Assembly (NCBI GenBank): GCA_050740235.1 | Contig: JBOIDB010000068.1 | Span: 1-62,988 of the forward strand | Source of the DNA: Gammaproteobacteria bacterium | Lineage (GTDB): Bacteria; Pseudomonadota; Gammaproteobacteria; Steroidobacterales; JACDCP01 | DNA: 62,988 nt | Direction of reading: 5' to 3' | Shown here: one piece after another, positions 41,594 to 52,817 of the stretch | Numbering within the stretch: the stretch's first letter is position 1 | Layout of the letters: the number at the start of each line of letters is the position of its first letter | Made by a program: the position numbers and the translations under genes | Notes under the pieces: model-generated | Database searches by the model: none | The model's input: the letters and a program-made list of their open reading frames with translations, nothing else | What the model was told of the DNA's origin: nothing

Positions 41594-42724
41594 ATGGCCC
41601 GATTCCGCAGTTTCGCCGTGTTTCTGCTCCAGTCGGCGGTCCTGGGCCTCGCCGTCGCGTTCCTGATCGTCTTCTTCAATCCGGGGCTGTTGCCCGGCGC
41701 GGCTTCGGAGCGCGCGGCGGGCGCTTACCGGCAAGCCTCGTATGCCGCAGCGGTGGCAGCGTCGGCGCCCGCGGTGGTCAGCATCTATACCGAGCGGGTG
41801 GTTACCGAGCCGGACAGCCGCTCCATTCTCGGTCTCGTGCCCGGCTACGAGACGCCGATGCTCACGCGCGTCGAACGCAGCCTCGGCTCCGGCGTCATCG
41901 TGCACAGCGACGGTTACGTGCTGACCAACAACCACGTCGTGGAAGAGGCAGCGGGGATCCGCGTGCAGCTCGCCGACGGCCGCATCGCGGACCCGAAGGT
42001 CGTCGGCACGGATCGTGACACGGATCTGGCCGTGCTCAGAATCGAGCTGGAAGACGTGCCGGTCATGCCGCTCGGCCGCTCGGACACGCTCGAAGTCGGC
42101 GACGTCGTGCTGGCGATCGGAAACTCCTTCGGCCTGAGCCAGACCGTGACGCTGGGTATCGTCAGCGGGACCGGCCGCGGCCAACTCGGTGTCAGCACCT
42201 TCGAGAATTTCATCCAGACCGATGCGGCGATCAACTTCGGTAACTCCGGCGGCGCTCTGGTCGACACCAGCGGCCGCATGGTCGGAGTTAACACGGCCAG
42301 GCTCTCCGAGCAATTGCTGTCCGATGTGCCCGAAGGCATCGGCTTCGCGATTCCGGTCAACCTGGCGGCCGGCGTGATGCAGCAGATCATCGAGCACGGC
42401 CGCGTGATACGCGGCTATCTCGGCGTTGCGCTGCGTGACCTGACGCCGAGGCGGGCCGAATTGCTGGGCCTGGAGGATGCGGAAGGCCTCGAGATCATCG
42501 GCGTAGCCGCAGACAGCCCCGCGGCCCGTGCCGGCCTGCGCGTAGGCGATGTGCTCACACACGTCGGCGGCCGGCCGGTCCAATTCCGCCGCGACGCCGT
42601 CAGCCTGATCGCCCGGATGTCACCGGGCGAGACGGTCGAGCTCGAGATATCGCGCCGCGGCAAGGCGTTCGAGATGGCGGCCGGAATCGAGGAACGGCCT
42701 ACGGAAGGTGGCAGCAGCAACTGA
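41594..42724 (+). CDS. degS: DegS/AlgW-like HtrA serine protease with a single PDZ domain
   Basis: 376 aa; N-terminal TM, TNNHVV, DLAVL, INFGNSGGAL, GYLGV PDZ start; upstream-of-murA context; degS versus other HtrA paralogues is inferred. Confidence 0.85.
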   Translation: MARFRSFAVFLLQSAVLGLAVAFLIVFFNPGLLPGAASERAAGAYRQASYAAAVAASAPAVVSIYTERVVTEPDSRSILGLVPGYETPMLTRVERSLGSGVIVHSDGYVLTNNHVVEEAAGIRVQLADGRIADPKVVGTDRDTDLAVLRIELEDVPVMPLGRSDTLEVGDVVLAIGNSFGLSQTVTLGIVSGTGRGQLGVSTFENFIQTDAAINFGNSGGALVDTSGRMVGVNTARLSEQLLSDVPEGIGFAIPVNLAAGVMQQIIEHGRVIRGYLGVALRDLTPRRAELLGLEDAEGLEIIGVAADSPAARAGLRVGDVLTHVGGRPVQFRRDAVSLIARMSPGETVELEISRRGKAFEMAAGIEERPTEGGSSN

Positions 42725-42822
42725 GAGGGGACATTCCTTGAAAATGGGGACATGCCTGATTTTTTTAATCGTCGAGAGTATCGGCTGCGGAAGCAGAAAA
42801 AATCAGGCATGTCCCCATTTTC
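42725..42822. repeat. 26-bp perfect inverted repeat element (GGGGACA family) plus a partial third arm
   Basis: GAAAATGGGGACATGCCTGATTTTTT (42740-42765) / exact reverse complement (42797-42822); extra GGGGACATTCCT at 42727-42738. Confidence 0.85.
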
Positions 42823-42836
42823 CATTTTCACGGCAC

Positions 42837-44111
<1,275 letters not shown>

Positions 44112-44357
44112 CTACTGCTGTCCGGCTTTCGCCCATTCCTCGGGCGTGCAGGCGCGTATCGACAGGGCGTGGATGTCGCCGCCGAGACGGTCGCCCAGCG
44201 TGGCGTAGACCATCTGATGGCGTTGCAGGGGCCGCTTGCCGGCGAAATCCGGCGAGATCACCACGGCCTCGAAATGCGTGTCGTCGTCGCTTCGGACCGT
44301 CGCGCTCGCCCCGGCCAGGCCGGCTTCGATGAGGTGCGCTATGTCGTCGCTTTGCAT
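44112..44357 (-). CDS. ibaG: BolA/IbaG family protein
   Basis: 81 aa; HFEAVVISPDFAGK, RHQMVY, IHALSI, TPEEW; directly upstream of murA. Confidence 0.88.
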   Translation of the reverse strand: MQSDDIAHLIEAGLAGASATVRSDDDTHFEAVVISPDFAGKRPLQRHQMVYATLGDRLGGDIHALSIRACTPEEWAKAGQQ

Positions 44358-44510
44358 GGGCGTTTCCTGATCCGTTCGGGGCTGTGTATCATGGCCGGTC
44401 AATTCGTTAACTGCACCGGACCGGCGGCTGCCGGGCACATTTTACATGGCGAACGGTCGAGTCCTTCGCGATCTTCAGCCGCCTCGCCGCTTCGGCGCGC
44501 CGCCTGAATC

Positions 44511-45491
44511 ATGATCGATCCCTCTCCCGACCAGCTGCTCGCGCAAGGCCGGCGCGTGCTCAGCGTGGAGGCAGCCGCGATCCGCAACCTCGCTCCGCGG
44601 CTCGGCACGGAATTCGTCGAGGCGTGCCGGCTCTGCCTCGCCTGCCGCGGCCGCATCGTCGTCACCGGCATGGGCAAGTCCGGGCACGTGGGCAGCAAGA
44701 TCGCGTCGACGCTGGCCAGCACGGGAAGCCCCGCGTTCTTCGTGCATCCCGGCGAGGCCAGCCACGGCGACATGGGCATGATCACCGGTGACGACGTCGT
44801 CCTGGCGGTGTCCAATTCCGGTGACACGGTCGAGATCGTGACCCTGCTGCCGCTGATCAAGCGCCTCGGCACGCCGCTCATTACGCTGACCGGCAAGCCG
44901 GGATCGGTGCTGGCGCGAGCGTCGACCGTCAATATCGACGTCAGCGTCAGCGAGGAAGCCTGTCCGTTGAATCTCGCGCCGACGGCGAGCACGACGGCGG
45001 CGCTGGCCATGGGCGACGCGTTGTCGATCGCGCTGCTCGAGGCCCGCGGGTTCACCATCGAAGACTTCGCGCGCTCGCATCCGGGCGGCATGCTCGGGCG
45101 CCGCCTGCTGCTCAAGGTCGAGGACGTGATGCACACCGGAGAGGACATACCGCGCGTCGGCGCCGATATCGCCATCGGCGAGGGGCTGGTCGAGATGAGC
45201 CGCAAGGGCCTGGGCATGACGGCCGTCGTCGATGATCGTGGCCGGCTGCTCGGCATATTCACCGACGGCGACCTGCGGCGCGCTCTGGACGGCGAGCTCG
45301 ACGTGCATCGCACGCCCATGCGCGAAGTGATGACGCCCGATTGCAAGACGATCGGGCCGCACGAGCTCGCCGCCAAGGCGGTGCATCTCATGGACACGCA
45401 CAAGATCACGCAGCTGCTCGTGACCGGGCCGGATCGCGAGCTGCTCGGCGCGCTCAACGTGCACGATCTTTTCCGGGCGGGAGTCATGTAG
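44511..45491 (+). CDS. kdsD: Arabinose-5-phosphate isomerase KdsD (SIS + CBS domains)
   Basis: GMGKSGHVG, HPGEASHGDMG, APTASTT, SHPGG.LG. Confidence 0.96.
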   Translation: MIDPSPDQLLAQGRRVLSVEAAAIRNLAPRLGTEFVEACRLCLACRGRIVVTGMGKSGHVGSKIASTLASTGSPAFFVHPGEASHGDMGMITGDDVVLAVSNSGDTVEIVTLLPLIKRLGTPLITLTGKPGSVLARASTVNIDVSVSEEACPLNLAPTASTTAALAMGDALSIALLEARGFTIEDFARSHPGGMLGRRLLLKVEDVMHTGEDIPRVGADIAIGEGLVEMSRKGLGMTAVVDDRGRLLGIFTDGDLRRALDGELDVHRTPMREVMTPDCKTIGPHELAAKAVHLMDTHKITQLLVTGPDRELLGALNVHDLFRAGVM

Positions 45492-45543
45492 TCGTGGGTC
45501 ATTCGAACAAGCCTGATCGGCTTCGCGCAGGAGCCGGATAACC

Positions 45544-46047
45544 GTGGCGTCGCTCGAAGAGCGCGCCGCCGGCATCCGGCTGGTGGTGTTCGACGTCGAC
45601 GGCGTATTGACCGACGGCGTCCTGACCTTCGGCGCGGACGGCCGCGAGCTCAAGAGTTTCTTCGTGCGCGACGGTCACGGCATCAAGGCCCTGCGCGCCG
45701 CCGGCATCGAGGTGGCGGTGATCTCGGGACGCAACTCGGAAGCGGTTTCAAGGCGCATGGGCGAGCTCGGCGTCGAGCATGTCTTCCAGGGAGACGACGA
45801 CAAGCTGCCGATCTATGCCGCGCTGGTCGACCGGCTCGGCATGAATCGCGAGCAGGTGGCGTATGTCGGCGACGATGTGCCGGACCTGCCCGTGCTGCGC
45901 AAGGCCGGCCTGCCGATTGCCGTGGCGGACGCGCACCCCGATCTGCGCGCCGCGGTCGCCTGGACGACGCCCTCTCCGGGCGGCCGCGGCGCCGTGCGGG
46001 ACGTTTGCGATCTGCTCCTGCAGGCTCGCGCGGGAGCCGGTCGATGA
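45544..46047 (+). CDS. kdsC: KDO-8-phosphate phosphatase KdsC (HAD)
   Basis: FDVDGVLTDG, VRDGHG, YVGDDVPD, GGRGAVR. Confidence 0.96.
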   Translation: MASLEERAAGIRLVVFDVDGVLTDGVLTFGADGRELKSFFVRDGHGIKALRAAGIEVAVISGRNSEAVSRRMGELGVEHVFQGDDDKLPIYAALVDRLGMNREQVAYVGDDVPDLPVLRKAGLPIAVADAHPDLRAAVAWTTPSPGGRGAVRDVCDLLLQARAGAGR

Positions 46048-46598
46048 CCTGGCAGGGAGCACTCGTCGTCCTGCTGTTGGTCGCGGCGGCCGTCGTGAGC
46101 TGGCTGCTCGGCCGCGGCACGGGCACCGCCGTGCCCGGCGTCGCGCCGCGACCGGTGCCGGACGTCGGCTACTACTTCGAGGACGTGAGCTTCCTCGAGA
46201 CCGGCACGGACGGTGCCGTGCTGTATGAAGTGGCGGCCGAATCCGCCGTGCAGATGCCCGAGGCCGGGCTCATCACGTTGCGCGACGTGCATCTCGATTA
46301 CAACGCGCGCGGCGAAGGACCCTGGGTGCTCGATGCCGAGCGGGGTCGCATTCCGGAGGAGCGCAACCGGATCGAGCTGTCCGGCGGCGTCACGTTGCGC
46401 AGCGAGGAGAGCGAAACCCCGACCGTGGTCGAAACGGAATCCCTGACGGTCGATCCCGAGCAGCAGCTCGCCACGACCACGGATGAAGTCCGCATCCGGG
46501 TCGGACCGCACGTGCTGACCGGCACGGGCATGCAGGCGCGCCTGGACTCGCAGGAAGTCGAGCTCGAATCGAGCGTGCGCGGCGAGTTCGTGCCATGA
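46044..46598 (+). CDS. lptC: LPS export protein LptC
   Basis: N-terminal TM followed by a beta-rich jellyroll-like sequence; between kdsC and lptA. Confidence 0.85.
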   Translation: MTWQGALVVLLLVAAAVVSWLLGRGTGTAVPGVAPRPVPDVGYYFEDVSFLETGTDGAVLYEVAAESAVQMPEAGLITLRDVHLDYNARGEGPWVLDAERGRIPEERNRIELSGGVTLRSEESETPTVVETESLTVDPEQQLATTTDEVRIRVGPHVLTGTGMQARLDSQEVELESSVRGEFVP

Positions 46599-47227
46599 AT
46601 GCAGCCGGGAGACTCTGTGCGACGCTTGCGCTGGCCGGATGCTTTTCGGCGGCGACCGTCGGCGCGGCGCTCGCGCAGTTGCCCGCTAACCCGTTGCCGA
46701 TATCACTCGAGGCCCGGTCGTCGGATTTCGACCGCCGGAACGAGCGTCTCGTTTTCCACGACGTGAGCATCACGCAGGGTGATCTCGCCATCAGCGCCGA
46801 CCTGGCGGAAGCTACCCGGCTGGACTTCGAGAACAGCCAATGGGTTTTCACCGGCCACGTCAACATAGAATTCGAAGCGGCGACGATTTCGTCCGACGCG
46901 GCGACCTTGCGCTTCGAAGGCCACCAGCTCCGTCACGCCGAGATCGTCGGATCGCCGGCGGAGTTCGCTCAGAAGGAGCTCGAGGACGGCGTGCGGGCCA
47001 CGGGCCAGGCGAGCCGGCTCGAATACGACTTCGACAGCGGCATCGTCACGCTCTCGCAGAACGCGCGGTTGAGCGAAGGCGCGAACAATATCACCGGCGA
47101 CTGGCTGCGTTACGACATGCGCGCGGAGCGCATCGTGGCCGGCTCGGAGGACGAGGGCGACCGCGTGCAGATCACCATCACGCCGCCGGCCGAAGACGCC
47201 GTGGAAGAAGCCGGGCCGGAGCAATGA
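46595..47227 (+). CDS. lptA: LPS transport periplasmic protein LptA
   Basis: Signal peptide; PISLEA, GSPAEF.Q, NITGD..RYD; upstream of lptB. Confidence 0.85.
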   Translation: MNAAGRLCATLALAGCFSAATVGAALAQLPANPLPISLEARSSDFDRRNERLVFHDVSITQGDLAISADLAEATRLDFENSQWVFTGHVNIEFEAATISSDAATLRFEGHQLRHAEIVGSPAEFAQKELEDGVRATGQASRLEYDFDSGIVTLSQNARLSEGANNITGDWLRYDMRAERIVAGSEDEGDRVQITITPPAEDAVEEAGPEQ

Positions 47228-47949
47228 GCACGCTGAGCGCGCAGGGCATCTCGAAAAGTTACAAGTCCCGCCAGGTCGTCAAGGACATCTCCTTCGAGAT
47301 CACGAGCGGCGAGGTCGTCGGCCTGCTGGGCCCGAACGGCGCCGGCAAGACCACCGCTTTCTACATGATCGTCGGCCTTATCGGCTGCGACGACGGCAGC
47401 ATCAGGCTCGACGGCCGCGACCTCACCTACCTGCCGATGCACAAGCGCGCGCGCCTCGGCGTCGGCTATCTGCCGCAGGAGGCGTCGGTATTCCGCAAGC
47501 TCACCGTCGCCGACAACATCATGGCCATACTCGAGACCCGCTCCGAGCTCGATCGCGCGCGCCGCGAGAGCCTGCTCGAGGAGCTCATGGAGGAGCTGCA
47601 TATCGCGTCGCTGCGCAACAGCCTCGGATTGAGCCTGTCCGGCGGCGAGCGCCGCCGCGTGGAAATCGCGCGCGCACTCGCGATGGAACCGCGCTTCATA
47701 CTTCTCGACGAGCCGTTCGCCGGCGTCGATCCGATTTCCGTTCTCGATATCCAGCGCATCATCGCCCATCTCCGCGAGCGCGAGATCGGTGTGCTGATCA
47801 CGGATCATAATGTGCGGGAAACGCTCGGCATCTGCGGGCGCGCGTACATCCTGAACGACGGGGCGATCATCGCGGCCGGCACGCCGGAAGGCATCCTCGC
47901 CAACCGGCACGTGCGCAAAGTCTATCTGGGCGAGGATTTCCGGCTGTAG
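47224..47949 (+). CDS. lptB: LPS export ABC ATPase LptB
   Basis: [49 protein letters not shown]. Confidence 0.98.
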   Translation: MSTLSAQGISKSYKSRQVVKDISFEITSGEVVGLLGPNGAGKTTAFYMIVGLIGCDDGSIRLDGRDLTYLPMHKRARLGVGYLPQEASVFRKLTVADNIMAILETRSELDRARRESLLEELMEELHIASLRNSLGLSLSGGERRRVEIARALAMEPRFILLDEPFAGVDPISVLDIQRIIAHLREREIGVLITDHNVRETLGICGRAYILNDGAIIAAGTPEGILANRHVRKVYLGEDFRL

Positions 47950-47961
47950 AAACCGACTGAC

Positions 47962-48081
47962 GCAGGCCGGAACAAGCGCGTAGCGGGTTTCCGGCATTGC
48001 GCCGGCAACGTTTCGCTCATGCCGGCCTGCGGGACTGGCCCCGGCCGGTCCCTCCGGGCCGGTCGTGGCGGGGACAGTCCC
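47962..48081. repeat. Two stacked palindromic elements in the lptB-rpoN spacer
   Basis: Inverted REP-like doublet GCAGGCCGG (47962-47970)...CCGGCCTGC (48022-48030), then GGGACTGGCCCCG (48031-48043)/CGGGGACAGTCCC (48069-48081), 12/13 match. Confidence 0.65.
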
Positions 48082-48206
48082 AGGCGTCGGTGGTAATATG
48101 CAGGTGTGCCTTTTCCCCAGTTCACGCGCAGGACGCCGGCAGGGTTGCTGACCCGTCACGGGGCACCAAGCCTCCAGTCCAGTCGCTCGGCGCATTCCAT
48201 CGCATT

Positions 48207-49613
48207 ATGTTGAAACCCTCGCTGCAACTGCGTCTCGGGCAGCAGCTGACGATGACGCCGCAGCTCCAGCAGGCCATCCGCCTGCTGCAATTACCGATCC
48301 TCGACCTGCAGACGCAGATCCAGGATGCGCTCGAGAGCAACATCATGCTCGAGAGCGCGGACGAGACGCCGGAGCAGGCCCCGCGCGCTGCCGAGTCACC
48401 GCGCGAGGCGGTCGAATCGCGCATCGTCGACGATACCTGGTCGGACACACGCGTCATCGGCCCCCGGAACGAGTCCTCGTGGTCTTCCAGCGAGCCCCGC
48501 CCCACGCAGGATTTCGAAGATCACTCCGGTGAAACGCTGCGCGACCACCTGCTCTGGCAGTTCGGCTTCGAGAAGCTCGACGCGCGCAACGCCGCCATTG
48601 GCCAGGCGATCATCGACGCCGTCAACGATGACGGCTATCTCGTGGACACGCTCGAGACCATCCAGGCGAGTCTCGAGCCCGAGCTCAGCGTGTCGCTCAA
48701 CGAAGTCGAGCACATGCTGGGCGAGATACAGCGCCTGGATCCGGCCGGGGTCGCCGCGCGCTCGCTGGGCGAGTGCCTGTGCCTGCAGCTTCGCCAGCTC
48801 GACCCCGACACGCCGGGGCTGAAGCTTGCGCTGGTGCTCGCCCGGGACCACCTCGAGCTCGTCGCCGAGCATCAGTTCCCGGCGCTGCGGCGCGAGTTGC
48901 GCGCCACGGACGAGGAGCTGCAGGACGCGCTGGTGCTGGTACGCGCCTGTCATCCGCGTCCGGGCTCGTCCATTTTCTCCGGCACGGCGGAATACGTCGT
49001 GCCGGACGTTTTCGTACGCAAGCAGGACAACCACTGGGTCGTCGAGGTCAACGCGGCGACGGCGCCGCGGATTCGCGTCAACCAGGCGTATGCGGGGCTG
49101 TTGGGCCGCGACGGCAACCACGATGTGCTGCGCACGCAGCTTCAGGAGGCGCGCTGGCTGGTACGCAGCCTGGAAATCCGCAACGACACCCTGCTCAAGG
49201 TCGCGCGCTGCATCGTGGAGCGTCAGCAGGCGTTTCTCGAGCACGGCGAGGAATTCATGGAGCCGATGGTGCTTCGCGACGTGGCCGAGGAGGTGGAGAT
49301 GCACGAATCGACCATTTCGCGCGTAACCACGAACAAGTACATGCACACGCCGCGCGGCGTCATCGAGTTCCGCTACTTTTTCTCCAGCCAGGTACAGGCG
49401 ACCGACGGCAGCGGCTGCTCGTCGACGGCCATACGCGCGAAGATGCGCAAGCTCATCGCCCAGGAGAACCCGAGTCAGCCGATGAGCGACAACAAGATCG
49501 CCAGGGCGTTGTCCAATGACGGCATACAGGTTGCCCGGCGCACCGTGGCGAAATATCGCGAGGCGATGCAGATCCCCTCGTCGAGCGAGCGCAGGAGGAT
49601 GGCGCTCAGATGA
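48207..49613 (+). CDS. rpoN: RNA polymerase sigma-54 factor
   Basis: LQLRLGQQLTMTPQLQQAIRLLQL, MHESTISR, RpoN box ARRTVAKYRE. Confidence 0.99.
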   Translation: MLKPSLQLRLGQQLTMTPQLQQAIRLLQLPILDLQTQIQDALESNIMLESADETPEQAPRAAESPREAVESRIVDDTWSDTRVIGPRNESSWSSSEPRPTQDFEDHSGETLRDHLLWQFGFEKLDARNAAIGQAIIDAVNDDGYLVDTLETIQASLEPELSVSLNEVEHMLGEIQRLDPAGVAARSLGECLCLQLRQLDPDTPGLKLALVLARDHLELVAEHQFPALRRELRATDEELQDALVLVRACHPRPGSSIFSGTAEYVVPDVFVRKQDNHWVVEVNAATAPRIRVNQAYAGLLGRDGNHDVLRTQLQEARWLVRSLEIRNDTLLKVARCIVERQQAFLEHGEEFMEPMVLRDVAEEVEMHESTISRVTTNKYMHTPRGVIEFRYFFSSQVQATDGSGCSSTAIRAKMRKLIAQENPSQPMSDNKIARALSNDGIQVARRTVAKYREAMQIPSSSERRRMALR

Positions 49614-49663
49614 TGAATGACAAACTACCGACAACAGAAATCACGGCAGAGAACGGCAAGGAG

Positions 49664-49990
49664 ATGAATATGCAGCTTGACCTTACCGGACATCACGTAG
49701 AGATCACGGACGCGTTGCGCCAGTACGTCGACAGCAAGCTCAGCCGGCTGGAACGGCATTTCGACAACGTGACCGACATCCATTGCATCCTGACCGTCGA
49801 GAAGCTGCGCCACAAGGCGGAAGCGACGGTGCAGGTCAGCGGTGGACGGCTTTACGCGGATGCGGTAGAGGAAGACATGTACGCGGCGATCGATCTGTTG
49901 AGCGACAAGCTCGATCGCCAGGTGAAGAAATACAAGGAGAAACTGACGGACCACCACGCCGACGAGGCGCGCAGAGAGCGTTTCGCCTGA
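49664..49990 (+). CDS. hpf: Ribosome hibernation promoting factor
   Basis: TGHHVEITDALR.YV, DMYAAID, LDRQVKKYKEK; follows rpoN; AGGAG RBS. Confidence 0.95.
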   Translation: MNMQLDLTGHHVEITDALRQYVDSKLSRLERHFDNVTDIHCILTVEKLRHKAEATVQVSGGRLYADAVEEDMYAAIDLLSDKLDRQVKKYKEKLTDHHADEARRERFA

Positions 49991-50012
49991 CGGTCGACCC
50001 GTTTGAACACCC

Positions 50013-50486
50013 ATGACTCTTGACGACCTGCTTGCGCCCGACCGGGTGCTGCGCAACGCCGAGGCGCGCAGCAAGAAACATGCTCTGGAAATCGTCAGCG
50101 AGCTGATCGCGTCCGCCGAAGGCACGCCGGCGAGCAGCGACGTGTTCGATGCCCTGGTGGCTCGCGAAAAGCTCGGCAGCACCGCCCTCGGCCGTGCGGT
50201 CGCCATTCCACACGGCCGGCTCGTCGGGCTGGAACGCTGCGTCGGGGCGTTTCTGCGCCTGGCGGAGCCCGTCGACTTCGACGCGCCGGACGGGCGGCCG
50301 GTGGATCTCATCTGCGCCGTCGTCGTGCCGCAGGAGTGCGGCGAAGAGGAACCGCGCAGCATCGCGAGAATCGCGGAACGGCTGTCGGATCGACGGTTTC
50401 GCGTGGTTCTGCGCCAGGCCTCCGGCAGCCGCGAGCTGTACAACCTGCTCATCCATTGCGCCGCGGACCGGTCCGCCAGCGCCTAG
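50013..50486 (+). CDS. ptsN: PTS EIIA-Ntr
   Basis: SKKHALE, REKLGSTALG, AIPHGR phospho-His, FDAPDGRPVDL. Confidence 0.93.
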   Translation: MTLDDLLAPDRVLRNAEARSKKHALEIVSELIASAEGTPASSDVFDALVAREKLGSTALGRAVAIPHGRLVGLERCVGAFLRLAEPVDFDAPDGRPVDLICAVVVPQECGEEEPRSIARIAERLSDRRFRVVLRQASGSRELYNLLIHCAADRSASA

Positions 50487-50528
50487 CTCAGAGCACCCAA
50501 CCGACAGGATGCCGAACGAGGGGCCCGC

Positions 50529-51413
50529 GTGCGGCTGATCATCGTCAGCGGGCTGTCCGGCTCGGGAAAGAGCGTGGCCTTGCACATGCTCGAAGATCTC
50601 GATTTCTACTGTATCGACAACATCCCCGCCGCCCTGCTCACCTCGGTCATCTCCGAGATCATCGCCACCAAAGACCGCGCCTATGACCTGACCGCCGTCG
50701 GCGTCGACGCGCGCAACCGGCCGGCCGATATCGACGCCGTACCACAGCTCGTCGACAGACTGCGCTCGGATGGCGTGGGCTGCGAGGTGCTGTTCCTGCA
50801 CGCCGACGACGACATCCTGCTCAAGCGATACAGCGAGACGCGGCGGAAGCATCCGCTCAGCGGGCCGGGACTGAGCCTCCGCGAGGCGATCGCGCGCGAG
50901 CGGCGGTTGCTGGCGCCGATCCGCGATGCCGCCGATCTCATCATCGACACGACGCGCACCAGCGTTCACGAGCTGCGCGAAGCCGTGCGAACCCGAATCG
51001 AGCCGCGCGGGGAAGGCAAGCTGTCGCTGCTGTTCGAATCGTTCGGCTACAAGCACGGCATCCCGAGCGACGCCGATTTCGTGTTCGACGTGCGTTGCCT
51101 GCCGAACCCCTACTGGGACAGCGCGTTGCGGCCGTGGAGCGGCAAGGACGCGCAGGTCATCGAATACCTCGAAAGCGACGCGGACGTGCGGCGGATGCTG
51201 GCGGACATCACGGCGTTTCTCGACGCCTGGATTCCGGCCTTCAAGCAGTCCAGCCGCAGCTATCTGACGGTCGCCATCGGCTGCACGGGCGGCCAGCACC
51301 GATCCGTGTATATCGCCGAGCAGCTCGCCGCGCATTTCAGCGAAACGTACGAGCACGTATTGACACGCCATACCGAGCTGGCCGCCCACTCCGGCGAACT
51401 CTTCGACGCGTAA
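50529..51413 (+). CDS. rapZ: RNase adapter RapZ (YhbJ/YvcJ)
   Basis: SGLSGSGKS, CIDNIP, DAR, SFGYKHG, DVRCLPNPYW, GCTGGQHRS. Confidence 0.97.
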   Translation: MRLIIVSGLSGSGKSVALHMLEDLDFYCIDNIPAALLTSVISEIIATKDRAYDLTAVGVDARNRPADIDAVPQLVDRLRSDGVGCEVLFLHADDDILLKRYSETRRKHPLSGPGLSLREAIARERRLLAPIRDAADLIIDTTRTSVHELREAVRTRIEPRGEGKLSLLFESFGYKHGIPSDADFVFDVRCLPNPYWDSALRPWSGKDAQVIEYLESDADVRRMLADITAFLDAWIPAFKQSSRSYLTVAIGCTGGQHRSVYIAEQLAAHFSETYEHVLTRHTELAAHSGELFDA

Positions 51414-51467
51414 CCTGCGAAGCGTTACACTCCGCACCGCCGTTCACCCACCGGCCGCGAGCGCGCG

Positions 51468-52817
51468 ATGGAATCAGCGAACAACAAGGAATTCCGGCTG
51501 CAGGCGCTGCGTACCGCTCTCGAAAGCGGCACCATGCGCGGCATCCACCGGATGATCAACTCGCTGCATCCGGCGGAGATCGCCACGCTGCTCGAATCGC
51601 TGCCGCCCGCGCGGCGCGAGGTCGTCTGGGAGCTCGTCGATCCGGAGGACGAAGGCGAGGTCCTCATCGAGCTCAATGACGAGGTGCGCGCCAACCTGAT
51701 CAGCGGCATGGATTCGGAAGAGCTCGTCGCCGCCATGGAAGGCATGGAGCTCGACGACCTCGCCGACATCATGGGCGACCTGCCCGAAGCGGTGAACCGC
51801 CAGGTCCTGCGCTCCCTCGAGCACCAGGACCGGGACCGGCTGCGTGCCGTGCTCGCCTACCCGGAAGATACCGCGGGCGGCCTGATGAATACCGACGCGG
51901 TAACGGTCCGGCCGGACGTCGTGCTCGAGGTCGTGCTGCGCTACCTGCGCGCGCGCGGCGGCGTCCCCGAGCGCACCGACCAGCTCTTCGTCGTCAACCG
52001 CAACGACGCTTACCTGGGCTCCCTCGCCATCAGCCGGCTGCTCACGCAGGACCCGCAGCGCACCGTCGCCGAGCTGATGGACACGGGCGTCGAGCCGATC
52101 AGCGCGGATCTGCCGGAAGCGGAGGTTGCGAGACTGTTCGAGGATCGCGATCTGCTGTCGGCGGCTGTCGTCGACGACACGGGCACGCTCGTCGGCCGCA
52201 TCACGATCGACGACGTCGTCGACGTGATCCGCGAGCAGGGCGAGCACTCCATCATGCGCATGGCCGGTCTCGACGAGGACGAGGACATGTTCGCGCCTGC
52301 GGTCAAGAGCGCCAGGCGCCGCGCCGTGTGGCTGGGCGTCAATGTCGCGACTGCATTCCTCGCCGCCTGGGTGGTCGGGCTGTTCCAGGCGACCATCGAC
52401 CAGGTCGTGGTGCTCGCCGTGCTCATGCCCATCGTGGCGAGCATGGGCGGCATCGCCGGGAGCCAGACGCTGACGCTCGTGATCCGCGGCATCGCGCTCG
52501 GGCAGATAGAACGCTCGAACGCTCGCTGGCTCATTCAGAAGGAAATCGCGATCGGCCTGCTGAACGGGTTCGGCATGGCTCTCATCGTCGCCGCGGCGGT
52601 GGTGATCTGGTTCCGAAGCTGGCAGATCGGCGGCGTCATCGCCGCCGCGCTGGTCATCAATCTGCTCGTCGCCGCGCTCGCCGGCGTCGGCATCCCGCTG
52701 GTCCTGAAGCGCCTAAAGATCGACCCGGCGCTGGCGGGCAGTGTCGTCCTCATCATGATGACCGATGCGATCGGCTTCCTGGCGTTCCTCGGCCTCGGGT
52801 CGCTTTTCCTCACCTGA
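51468..52817 (+). CDS. mgtE: Magnesium transporter MgtE
   Basis: 449 aa; HPAEIA, TAGGLM, CBS pair, RITIDDVVD, GGIAGSQT, DPALAGS. Confidence 0.96.
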   Translation: MESANNKEFRLQALRTALESGTMRGIHRMINSLHPAEIATLLESLPPARREVVWELVDPEDEGEVLIELNDEVRANLISGMDSEELVAAMEGMELDDLADIMGDLPEAVNRQVLRSLEHQDRDRLRAVLAYPEDTAGGLMNTDAVTVRPDVVLEVVLRYLRARGGVPERTDQLFVVNRNDAYLGSLAISRLLTQDPQRTVAELMDTGVEPISADLPEAEVARLFEDRDLLSAAVVDDTGTLVGRITIDDVVDVIREQGEHSIMRMAGLDEDEDMFAPAVKSARRRAVWLGVNVATAFLAAWVVGLFQATIDQVVVLAVLMPIVASMGGIAGSQTLTLVIRGIALGQIERSNARWLIQKEIAIGLLNGFGMALIVAAAVVIWFRSWQIGGVIAAALVINLLVAALAGVGIPLVLKRLKIDPALAGSVVLIMMTDAIGFLAFLGLGSLFLT

